DNA of 64,000 bases from Cystobasidiomycetes sp. EMM_F5 (Eukaryota): contig JBPGPT010000020.1 in NCBI GenBank assembly GCA_051047955.1, positions 186,001 through 250,000 of the forward strand. The letters are read 5' to 3'. The notes under the pieces were generated by a model, which worked only from the letters and a program-made list of their open reading frames with translations, was not told the origin of the DNA and ran no database searches. Within the stretch, counting starts at the first letter, position 1. Each line of letters begins with the position of its first letter. The position numbers and the translations under genes were made by a program. Shown here piece by piece: positions 49,250-60,165 of the stretch.

Positions 49250-50140
49250 TCAACACTGCTCGCGATTCATGATGATCTCAAATGGCCATCCTGTTTCGTG
49301 GTCTTGTAGATTTGGCGGCATGAGTGCGGAAAGGACAGGTTCGTACTCATAAGGGAAGCCTACGTCCTCATACATGCAAGGATGGAGGAAGGAGAGCTTG
49401 TTGAGTCGATGATGAGCTCTGAATAACAAGTCGTCGTACGCGGAGAAGAGGGTCTGTGCGCCATCAACAGCGCCGGCGATGTGAACATCGTTAGCGGATT
49501 CCGCGCCCTCGTACTCGAACCGATGAGGCGGTGAGGAAGAGAGATACACGTTGACGGTGGAAGGAGAGCGAGTAAGGTGTTCGTACTCAATATCTGAATT
49601 TACGTCAATGTCAATGGAAGTCGATTCGAAGACCGTCTCCGCATCGGACATTTCGAGCTCGGCTCGCATATCTTGCGAGAATGTGTTGCTTGAAATATCG
49701 TCGGCCGTGTAGTCGTCAAGTTGGTTTTGGTATTGTTTCGCGTCGTTCTGGTGTTGATGTCTCTCGTTTGGATGGAACAAGCCCCAATCAGAGCACTGAA
49801 GAAGTCTTTGCTTTCGGTCTGCCAATGATAGTGATTGCTTGCTGCTTGTTACGTTGCTGATATTCGTTTCTGTGAGATGTGTCAGTTCATATCAAGGTCA
49901 TCAGTCAGTCCGCCATGAGCAATCACCAGGTCTGAGACCCATCCACGACAGGCCGCTCTTGGTAATCTCTTCCTCATCTCTGGCATGGCTGTACGCCCAA
50001 CCTGACCGAGTCGTATCCTGCCTGGCTGGCGCTGTCGTATTCTGATGCTCAACACCTATTAGCCCTCGATGATGTCGACGTCGAGGTTGGGCTGGTCTCT
50101 TTCGCTTCGACTTTATAAAGTTGACTGCCGCTCTGGCCAT
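49250..50140 (-). CDS. Hypothetical protein (basic N-terminus, acidic C-terminus)
   Basis: MARAAVNFIKSKRKR... spliced (gtgatt...ctcacag) to ...LADRKQRLLQCSDWGL...; two exons. Confidence 0.55.
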
Positions 50141-50575
50141 GATGCTGCTCTGCTGTTGGCATGCGCTGAAACTGGCGGGGTACTGATGCGAGATACGTTT
50201 ATGACATGACGCTGATGCAGGATATCGATTCATGCGCCACGATCTCCTGCAAGGGTACTGACCTATCTAGACAGGGCCGCATCTATCCAGTCACTAACAC
50301 CGGACACCTTGCCGTTCGTTCAAGCACCGTGTCGCCAAACATTTGAGCTTTTGTCCAGCTAACGGGCGAAGTCAGCTTTTCAAATCCGACTGACGGAGAA
50401 GGTCGAAAAGAAGTCAAAAGCGCTGTCAGGACCGAGTCCATGCAGACTTTCATCGTGCTCTATGACGCCGCTCCTCCTTACCTTGACTCTCATCCGCAAA
50501 TATTTCCCTATTTTGAAGCGTTGACCGCACAATTCCTTGCGCAGGCCGCATCTACCTGGACACCCTAACTCCAAC

Positions 50576-51764
50576 ATGGTAAACTTCAAAGCATTGTAAG
50601 TAACCCCATCCCTGCTGGGCTGCCTTTGCTAAATATCCAAATCTCGCAGCCTCCTCCCAAAAGTCGTCCAGTTCATTCTCATCTCCATCATACGCATGCT
50701 CAGTTGTGTCGGCTTGTGCTTGGTCATAGGAGCAGAGATCTATACTTTCGTACAGTAAGACATACATCCTGTGAAGTGCGCTCAACGCCCTGACCGATTA
50801 TGCCCGGTCTAGTAACATCAAAGGGTATGTCGCTGGCGTGCATTCTGGTGATATTGGTACGACAGCCCACGTTATCGATGGCAAGACTATCGTGGAGCAA
50901 GGCTGGTGCGGGTTTGTTCCCAATACAACCGTACCAACTCATACTGGAGGCATCTTCTTCTCGGTAAGTGCCATTGCACGCATTTATGGGCATTCTGTAA
51001 CTTGACGCATGTTCCTCTACAGACATTCTTCACCTTCATCAATGGTGACTCTTTTCATTTCACACTGCTGCCAACTGTGCTGACTGCAATGCCGTCCCCA
51101 GTCATCCTTTTGTTTTTCTTGCTTGTCTCGGAGGTTGCCCCTCCCCTTCCTGCACTCACTACCTTCTTCTTGCACTGGCTGCCATTCTTATCGAACGACT
51201 CATCAGTCGGTTTTCTCGGCGCTGCAATGATGTGGATTTCCACTAGCATTTTGAGCAGCAAGTAAGTGGACGCACAGACCTCCCCAACTCTGTCAGCTAA
51301 CACCCATCTCAACAAGTTCTGCACAATATTCTATAGTGTCTGCGTGGTTCCTGTTCGTCGTCGGTGTTCTCAATGTCCTCCTTGGCTTCATACTCGGACC
51401 GTCCGTCCGGCGAAAGCGTGAAATATTTGAGACAGACAAGTCCAGACTGCCTTCCTTCACAAAAGCTCCATCAGGAGGTTCGTCTTTAAGTAAACGGAAA
51501 GACAACGTTTCGTATCCACAGCCTATCGAGATTGGCTTTCTAACTCCCGCCGCTATGCCGCGTCAATCATACATGGCCACTAGACCTTCTGAGATGGTCG
51601 AATGCCGCATCAACGAAGCGGGACCAGTCGGTGTACATCGAAGTCGAAGTGGTAAGGGGATAGTAACGATCAAAACGGAGGCAGAGGAGATACCAGACAG
51701 CATTCATGCTAATGAGAACTTCGGACCGCCATCGTATGGATTAGGCGCTACTACTGCGCGATGA
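50576..51764 (+). CDS. Fungal multi-pass membrane protein of unknown function
   Basis: Spliced MVNFKA|FLLPKVVQFILISIIRMLSCVGLCLVIG...CGFVPNTTVPTHTGG...LLVSE...FLHWLPFL...GFLGAAMMWISTSILS...VSAWFLFVVGVLNVLLG; about five TM segments. Confidence 0.7.
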
Positions 51765-52005
51765 GTACATGTGTCCTGCTTAAGAGCTATCTCGTTGTAA
51801 ACCTCTTACACGCCTTAAATCGCAAATGCCAATCCTAATTCCCGCAGTCTGCTGTTCTGTCATTTGCCATCGACCCGTGCTCCTGTAATTAATTGGAGAG
51901 TAGCCAGCGGATGGAGGGAAGACAGGATCGTACGCAGGTGCAGGGGTGCCAGGAAGTGATGCCCGTCGATCCGCACGCGATTCAAGGTCAATCTGGTCTG
52001 AGGTG

Positions 52006-53082
52006 TCAGCTTTGCGAAAGGCAGAAGGCAGTTTCAGTGTCGCTCACATCTCGGGGCGTTGCGGGCGTCTTCTCCATCTTGGACATGAGCTTTTCAGCAA
52101 AGAATCGCAGGATTGCCCAAATCGATGCGCACGCTACGGCGACGGCCCAGAATAACGCTAAAGCATTCTCGAAGGAGTTGAGCTGCCATCGCGTTCCGCA
52201 AAGCTTACACGGCCAGACGACACCCGACAGCACATTGGTTAGACCTTGTTTTGCCGCTTCCTGGAGCTCGACATTGAAGAATTGGCGTGCGCGGTACACG
52301 AAGGGGTTGTTGCCTGTGCCTGGAAGATCCTTGGGATACGATGTCAGAACGACTATACGCATCTTGTTCACAAGGACTCTCACAACATAGACTGTACCGT
52401 CGACTTCGTCCGACATATACGTTATCAAACCGCTGCCATAGATCTCGAAGCCTTGGCCGTCGACAACGCCTGGCGTCTTGTACTGAATGTGCATGTTGTT
52501 TCGGTAGTCCTCGTTGAGGAGCTTCAGCGAGGACCATATGCCATGGTCTGCAGACCATGTCAGGTCAGATATAAACCCGACGAGCGACCTGTTGTAAAGT
52601 TTAACGCCTGCATATTGAGTTTGTCGGCTTCAGGTCCATTCATACCACAATAGGCTTACCGAGACTGGTCGACTATACACCTGGACCCTGCTAGAGTTTA
52701 CATCCAGAAGTTGACAATAATCCATTGCGTACTTGGTCGGTCTCTCGATTTGTGCCCAAGTGACAGCAGTGTACGAGAAGTTGGAGTTGGCATTCATGAA
52801 GCGTTGTCCTGCCGTACAAGGCAGATATTTTAGCAATCGTCGGGCACGAATGACAACCTCACACTCACCACTATACACTGTCGCAATGGAGCATTGCAGC
52901 GGGGCTCCAAATCTTGCCGCGCCGGCAACCACATCATCGCATACTGTGACCTTCCCCTTTGCAAAAGCAGTAAAGACCGCGACGCCGACCATCCCGAGAA
53001 TGATGCCCAGCCATCCGACCAGTGAGATTCGCGAAGAGTAGATGCGTTCGATGGGAGTGCGGAATTTCCAGAAACCGACCAT
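52006..53082 (-). CDS. Hypothetical membrane protein (N- and C-terminal TM with an extracellular loop)
   Basis: TM1 SLVGWLGIILGMVGVAVFTAFA; Cys-containing loop; TM2 ALALFWAVAVACASIWAILRFF; several canonical introns. Confidence 0.6.
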
Positions 53083-53487
53083 TGTGTCTCTAGGTCGCAC
53101 AGTCACACAGTGAGACAAGCGAAGTGCGAACGGGATCAGCACTTGGTGAGCTGCACATCACGCGGTTGTCAGACATCCCAGGGACGCGATGGTCAAATGC
53201 AACGGTCGTGTCAGGCCGGTCACGGGTGTTGAGTCACGATAAGTGTGTGCATCCCACGGCATGTACACTGCTAGCCAGCGCTACGAACACTTACACAGTA
53301 GCATACGAACAGTGCGATCATCGGGATAGACTACACCGTGACGCGTCTGCAGGTCTGTGCTTAGTAATAGATCTGAGCTCGCACCACCTCCGAGACATCG
53401 ATACCTGTTAGAACAAGCCTTTGTGTGTAGATACAGCGTAACTACATCTGCGTATACTTCAATTAATTACTCAACTCCATACAACTC

Positions 53488-54976
53488 TCAGTGAATGTTC
53501 AGGAGTCTGGTCAAGAAGGTCAGCATGCTACACATTGCGGCGCCCTAAAACAAGCTCACTTTGCCGCGTTGTTGTAGAGAACGTTGTCCCGGTCTACGTC
53601 TGCGAAGCCCGCATACTTTCTTACGTTGTTGGTTGATTGCACGACAGCACTAGGCACGCCGTACGGGTAATCGGAACCAAGGAGGAATTGAGACCAGGGA
53701 ACATCTTTTCTCTCTTGTCAGATCGTTTCAATAAAATGCTTGTGAAATTACAAGCCTACCGTAGCCACGGATGCCGGCCACCTGGTGGGGATATGTCGCG
53801 CCTGCTGAGTCGTAGTAAAAGCGGCTTCTCATGATATCGTACGTTTGGTTTACGAATGACGCTGGCTGTCCTTTATTCCCGACCAGGTAGGTGACAGTGC
53901 GGTCCCAAATGGCAGGAAAGTCACCGCCTGTGTGTGGTAGTATCCACTTTATGCTGTAGAGATAACTGTCATTTACGTTTTGGGGAGGCTTGTGGACACC
54001 CTACTTCGAATAGTTCTGCGGAACACCCGATAGGAGAAGGCTCGTGAATGTGCGCGCTGTTTCAGCATAAAATTCGATCTGTGCGACCGGGAGGGCTGTG
54101 ACAAAGTTCGCCTCGATGCGAGAAGTGGTTCCAGAGCAAGAGCAAGTGCTCATAAGGTAAGGCGTGTTCGGATGTACAAAAACGGTCATATTGAGAGCGT
54201 TGATGGCTTGGAAGATTGGCGTAAGGGTTGTATTTCCAAGGTAGACGCCGTCATGGTTGCTCAGAAGTGCGAATCCGATCGCACCGAGGCTTGTAGCACT
54301 AGTCCCCGCAACTGTCAATGTTCTTTAACGAGGGAGACTTGCAGCTTACTGACTGTTGAATCTCCAACAGCGATTCGTTGACGAACGGTAGAGGGAGAGT
54401 TGCGAAGAAGCTGAATCTGATCCACGCGGTCAAAGTCGTAGAGCTGCTTGACAACGATTGGCTTACTTATCGGGATATGAGCGTGTTAAATTAGCGGCAT
54501 ACTGAAGCAAGATCTTAGCGCAATACTGCACAAGCTCGGCGTAACATACCTCGTTGAGGCGCCCTGCGATGTCCGCTGCGAAAGTCGCGTTTCCATACTG
54601 TACATTTGCGCCAGGGGTCGAGGCGGACAGTATCGAGCTTTGCAATGTATATGAGAAGGATCACTTGTGCGGTTTCGAGTGGAAAGCACACTCACCGGCC
54701 GACGCCCTGCTGCTGCATTATGTTAAGGTGTGAGCTTACGTTCCATTGGGGAGTCGGATTCCCTACGAGACGGATTTAGTCCTCTGACAATTGAATTTGA
54801 AAACATGCAAGATTCTGACCGCCTGTAAACGGCACCATGGATCGATACCAGTCAGGCACAAAGTGAGAGTGCACGTCTATTGCATAAGGGATCGACGCTT
54901 GACGGGGCAGGGTATGGGCAGAAGCAACAGTAGCAGCGATAGCTGCAGCCAGGCCGAGTTTAGGAAGGCGTGACAT
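53488..54976 (-). CDS. Amidohydrolase-2 family protein (ACMSD/6-MSA decarboxylase-like) with signal peptide
   Basis: MSRLPKLGLAAAIAATVASA signal; IDVHSH (HxH); PTPQW; ILSASTPG; FFATLPLP; GVYLGN; VFVHP; ETART; PHTGG; FYYD; LGSDYPY. Confidence 0.88.
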
Positions 54977-55059
54977 GATAGCGCGACAGGCAAGTATGAG
55001 GAGGGAAGGACAGGACTGCTACGCAGCGAGAGGACGGGGGTGGGGGGACGAAAGCCGAG

Positions 55060-55713
55060 TCGCTTCCCGAAGGGTATTCCCGCAAAAAGTATGCGTCGGG
55101 CCGACTTATCAGACGGGCCGAAGGGATCATCCGGGGCTCCGCCTACTGCGGCAAACCGAATGAAGGTTTCGTGCGAAGTATTAGCGGCATTGAGAAGTCA
55201 ATAGAACGCTGCTGACCTCGAGCACGAAAGCGCCGTAAAAGTAAGGTAATACTGTACCCTGCAGATAGCGTGCTTTGCCATAAGCTAGCATCTCGTTGAA
55301 GATGGTATATGCTTTGGCAGGGTGGTCTACTCGAGCATACTTTGGCCGCATGGCTGATTCGTCGTCCCACGGCATCGATGGCACCTGCTCCTTGCTTTCG
55401 TTGTCCGTCCAATAGCATGTGCCAAACAGCTTGACGATGAGACGGTGTTCAGCCTCGCAGCCTGCGATCTTTGCGAGATATGTCAGAGACCCGAGCTCCT
55501 CGTTAAACGACAGCGTGCGCTCTGCCTCGAGCTGGCAGCCTTGTTCAAGTGAGCGAGAATTTGCTCTAGGAGACGAGGACGCAATGCCCATCAAAAGTGC
55601 ATGTTGTGCGACTGGAGAGTGGGAATGGCAGCATCGGCGAGTGCGATAGGTGCGTGGTAGGCTGTGATATCAGCTCCGAGCATAAGAACGGTATTGGGTC
55701 CATCTGGCGGCAT
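55060..55713 (-). pseudogene. Kinase-like paralogue relic (N-lobe only)
   Basis: Aligns to 58325-59419 (IPTL...RPRL, LEQGC, NEELGS, LIVKLF, PWDDESAM, EMLAY, LQGTVLPYFYGA) but has an in-frame TGA near 55591, a frameshift near 55550, and a TAG immediately after the shared intron. Confidence 0.75.
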
Positions 55714-55945
55714 CTTGTATGGTTAGTTAGACGCGAAGAGTCCTACGCAACGAGCAACTTGAACGCTAGTTGTCATGTTTGATTCCGATGCATGTTATGG
55801 AACAAGCGGAGATTGCGCTTGTAATTCGACAAAATGTGTTAAATACTCTGACTCTGCACCATACTGCAGCACGCAAATGCACAATTATCTGTACAAGAAT
55901 ATGAATGCGCCGTCAAGGCGTTGAACGCACACTCAAAGTCGAGAC

Positions 55946-56220
55946 ATGGATGATGCCGAGGACTGCATGATTGTAACCCTCCACTCAGACGTGGCTGCCC
56001 ATCATAGACCGGTCCAAACGCCAATGCGTCCATTCCCGCGCTGAGTGCGCTTGGTCTCGACCGTTCGAGGCCCCAAGGACGCTCACCTCGCCAGCCAACT
56101 CAGGGCAGGATGCCGCGTCAAGACTGAGAAGGCCCTCCATTTCAACGATGACTTAGGCTCATCCGTCTGCAGAGCGAGACTTCGCGCAAAAGTCAAGTTA
56201 GATGCGTACATCATATCGCC
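55946..56220 (+). pseudogene. Kinase-like paralogue relic, head-to-head with the previous relic
   Basis: MDDAEDCMIVTLHSDVAAHHRPV / ANASIPALSALGLD / LRAGCRVKTEKALHFNDDLGSSV in shifting frames, collinear with the family N-terminus. Confidence 0.6.
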
Positions 56221-56340
56221 CCTTCGTCGTAACGTCGCAGTTGTGTGACATGAGATTGCTCAAATGTCAGATCCCTTTCCGGTCGGACTCCTGTTCATCT
56301 ATCCTACGGCCTTATTGTCTACTGGGTCGCTCCGATAATG

Positions 56341-57881
56341 TCACATTTGCGCCAAATGCGCTTCGGTCTCGACTATGTACAGGTGCTCTTTGACCCAGGG
56401 ATGCTTAGCCAATTCTTCTACGCTTGGTCTTTGTACTGGGTCGAGACGGAGGCATAAGCGAATAAATTGGCCAGCGCAGTAGACAGCCGCTGCGTCCAGC
56501 TCGGGGGCGCTGTCCATTATCCACTTTTCGAGCCAGACTTCTTGCTCAGGATAGGGTGTCCTTAGATGTCCTGAGAGCAGAGACATTGTTCAGCATGTCG
56601 ATCGCTGGCGGCAGGACACTGATATGGCTGACCATCTTTATCAAAGAACTCGTCCTTGAGCTTCGACCGAGCTGTTAGACTGCGCGGAAAATGTGGCTCC
56701 TTTGAAATTTGCAGCATCTGCCTGAGGTGATTGAAGTCACACTCTCCCGCGACGTCCCTTTCGGCGTCTCCACCAAACCCTCCGAACAAGGGCTCTCCAC
56801 ACAGACAGGAATTCGTACGCCTGTACGTTCACGACTTCAATTAGCGCAAGGTACGATTGAGCAAGCCTAGTTCGGAGTATATGATACTCACGAGACAACC
56901 CAAAGCCCAAACGTCAACGGGTGTGCCAAAGCCTGCCTTGAGAACAACCTCTGGAGCCCGCAGCGCGATAGGCATCAACTGATCGGTCGTGGGAGGAGCA
57001 TCTGTGAGTTGAGCGTGGCCAAGATCGATGAGGCACGTAGGATGTAGATCAGGGCTGCCATCGATGCCATTCCAGCCGTGCTTCAATGGCTTCGACTTGT
57101 AAATCGGGCAGTCTCGGCCGTCGACTTCGACAGTCTGCACGACACTGTGCTGGTCTTCAGCCATTGCAGCTGAAATCTTCTCTTCCGCATCGTCTAGAAA
57201 GAAAAGGATATTGCTGCCTTTCAAATCTGTATAATCTGATCAGCAATCCGAATTCGGGCTTGTTGAGATATGGTCGAGTCGACATACCAGTGTGCACGAT
57301 ATTCTGGCAATGCAGGACACGAAGGCTGTCAATGCTGTCCAGTACAATTTGTTTGACCGTGAGCAATGGCAATCTTCGATCCGGTCGTGAACGACAAAGG
57401 TCGTCGACGCTGGTGGATAGAACGTCGGTGACGAGACAGAGGAAACTGTCGCTGGACTCCTTTTGATGAAAGTGGTCTCTAAGACAGTGTTAGCTATAAG
57501 TTGCGCAAATGTGACTTGCCCCGCACCGTAAGATGGGAAGATTTCTAGCTTGTGCCCTTTCCGAACGCGTTCGTAGATGGCGAGTTCTTGCAATATCCCA
57601 GCTTGAACAAGCTTTGTCGCATTGGCAGTCAGGATCTTGCAGGCGTAGTGTTTAGGCTCCGGACTGGCCTCGTCAGAGACAAGCCAGCAGGTACTGTATT
57701 GTCCAGACCCTAGCTTGCGCTGAATTTGATAGCGTCCACCAGTGCCCAGCCTGTCACCCAGCCGACACAACAGTGAATCTCGCATTGCCTTTGCGGCACA
57801 GTCCAGCATGGCGACAGCTCGCAACGGATGAGACAGCAGCGAACGGGACCTCACTACGCGAAAGCATTCGAGGATTCTCAA
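56341..57881 (-). CDS. SRPK/Sky1-like CMGC protein kinase, possibly frameshifted
   Basis: RYQIQRKLGSGQYSTCWL, ACKIL, LCLVTDVL, IVHT|DLKGSNIL, IDLGHA, LRAPEV, DVWALGCL, CLRLDPVQRPS; frame ambiguity near 57500-57560. Confidence 0.8.
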
Positions 57882-58324
57882 GCCGCAATATTTGGCGTAT
57901 GCGAGTCTCTGCTCAACTTGTCATGGTGTAGATACACAGTACGCAAAGAATGTCAATCTGGTCCCGCTGGAGGATTGGCCATGGTATACGTCCCACATCC
58001 TTACTCAAAGGGCATGCATATAGAATTCAAGGCTTAGAGACTAACGTAAGCCTTCATAACAGAGATGACGGAATCGAGCTTTGGATCGGCCCTACCTAGC
58101 ACGCCTCGCTTTGTGCCTTTCGCAATCATCTTGGACCGTCTAGTCCAGTACAACGATCTCTTACAAAGTCGGTACCTCCCTCTCGAGATACATTCGGACG
58201 GCCAAGCACGCAGAGTAGACCGGCGCAGGTTACCAATCTTGGGCCCACGCGGCCAGATCCAGTGGCAGAGGTAAAGCAAACATCTTGTCGACTTCGCTGG
58301 ACCAAAAGAAAGTGCGTCGGGATG

Positions 58325-59419
58325 CTAGCGACCTTCTCGAAGCTGTACAGAGGTCCCTTTAGATAGAAACAAGCTGCCACTTTCCATCGCCTTCGTCTGC
58401 CACTCCAAGACAGCGTCTCTATCAGTCATAGCGGATTTAGCGAATGCGTTGTGCAGGTCATGCACCATCCGATGAAAGTTCTCGATGTTGAGCCAAGCAT
58501 GCTTGTGCCGACCAGTCACCTTGGAGATTGAGCAACTCTGTGCGAGGTCAATCAGGACGATGTCGATACATGGTGGGTTCTCATTCAGGACCAGGGCGTT
58601 GCGGCCGGCTATGTCGTAATGAGCGATGTCACATGCGTGCAGCCGGACGTATGCAACCAGAATCTTATCGAGCTGGTCAGTACGGTAATTAGCTGTGTTT
58701 CCGTTACACCGGACTATCGCTCGTCAAATGCCTTACGACTCTCGATACGTCTTCGTGTCTAATGCTTCCAAAGAAGTCACGAGCAGTGACCGCTGCATCA
58801 AGCCACTCAATCAAGAGCACGTACAATGCGGGATTATCGTTGCGCTTCGGAGATTTGGGTGTCTTGATTGCCGCAAGCTGGAGTCAGTGCAGGACTCCTA
58901 TGACTTGAAGTCGCAGGGACCGACTCCGAGAGCGTGAGCGCCGTAGTACTGCGGGATAACAGTTCCTTGCAAGTGTCTTGCCTTGTGATAGGCTAGCATC
59001 TCAGAGTGAATGCCAAATTCTGGCGGATCATAGGTTCCGCTGTAGAAGCGTTTCTTCATGGCATCTTCGTCTCCCCATGGTATGGGCTGCTCAGCCGGAG
59101 GCCCCAACTCCGTTGTATCTTGCAGAAACCCCCGAGCAAACAGCTTTGCGACGATGCGTCCGCTGGTCGGGTTGCCAGGTTTGGAGCAGATATAGACTGC
59201 AGAGCCAAGTCGCTCATTGTGAGCAATAAGCTTGTCCAACCTGAGCTCGCAGCCTGGTTGAAGGTGCTCAAATTCGGGCAATCGCGGACGCTGACTTGTC
59301 GCGATATCGAGATTGAATTCAAGGAGTGCAGGAATGGGATCCTCAGCCTCTGGGATAGGTTGAAAGTCTCCAGGTATTCGCGACGCCAGTGTGATGGTGC
59401 ATTCATTCTTAAAGATCAT
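58325..59419 (-). CDS. Atypical fungal protein-kinase-like protein (appears intact)
   Basis: IVAKLF (beta-3 Lys), SEMLAY (helix C Glu), LQGTVIPQYYG; after two introns LYVLLIEWL, IAHYDIAGRNALV (HxDxxxxN) and VLIDLA (DFG-equivalent). The 3' end is uncertain. Confidence 0.8.
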
Positions 59420-60165
59420 GCTGCGTCGCTACGTTAGTAGGGACAAGGGCCTTTAGGTTCGAATAATTGCGAGGTCCGAGACGGCAGGTCGTCGTTCAAC
59501 GGCCGCTTTCGCAGCAGACAGTAGGGTCATTGCAGCATTCAGTGCATGTTACTCAGTTTTCTAAACCCGTGTAATATCATTTAAGCCGGGCCAATTGGCG
59601 AGCTGCCATCGGGCGTAGAATTGGCCATCTTTCCCCGCAGAAACTCTCCACAAACGACGGCTCAGACGGTAGCAGCTCAAACTAAGCACATTAACAATGT
59701 AATCGATGATCACTTGCTCATACCACATCCTGGCTTCCACGACTGCAATTCCTGTTACAAGCTGCCACCAGGGTGGAAAGCCTCCACAGGCTATGAGTGC
59801 ATCCTACGCAGGATTGGAGATACTTCGATTACATATGCGCCGTGTATGTAGCGGCTGCTCACTAAAAGTAGAAAAGCATCCACTTCGGCGATACTTTGAG
59901 TCCCAATTTCTGCATTGCTCTTACTGGGGCTCCGTTGTTGTCGCCGCGAATGTTCGAACGCCGCTTGAATCGGGCGTTTCAGTGGCCGACAAAAGACCTG
60001 TGGTCCCTGCCAGACCACTTCATCGACCTTGCCATTGTACAAACGCGATGGCTGGCTTCAAGGTCGCGCAGAGAGTCCTGCTGAACATGCCTGCGTGGAA
60101 GGATCGCGACTTCCAAGATAGACACTGTAATGCGAGGGTGATCCTCTTGATCCAGGAGACTCTGC

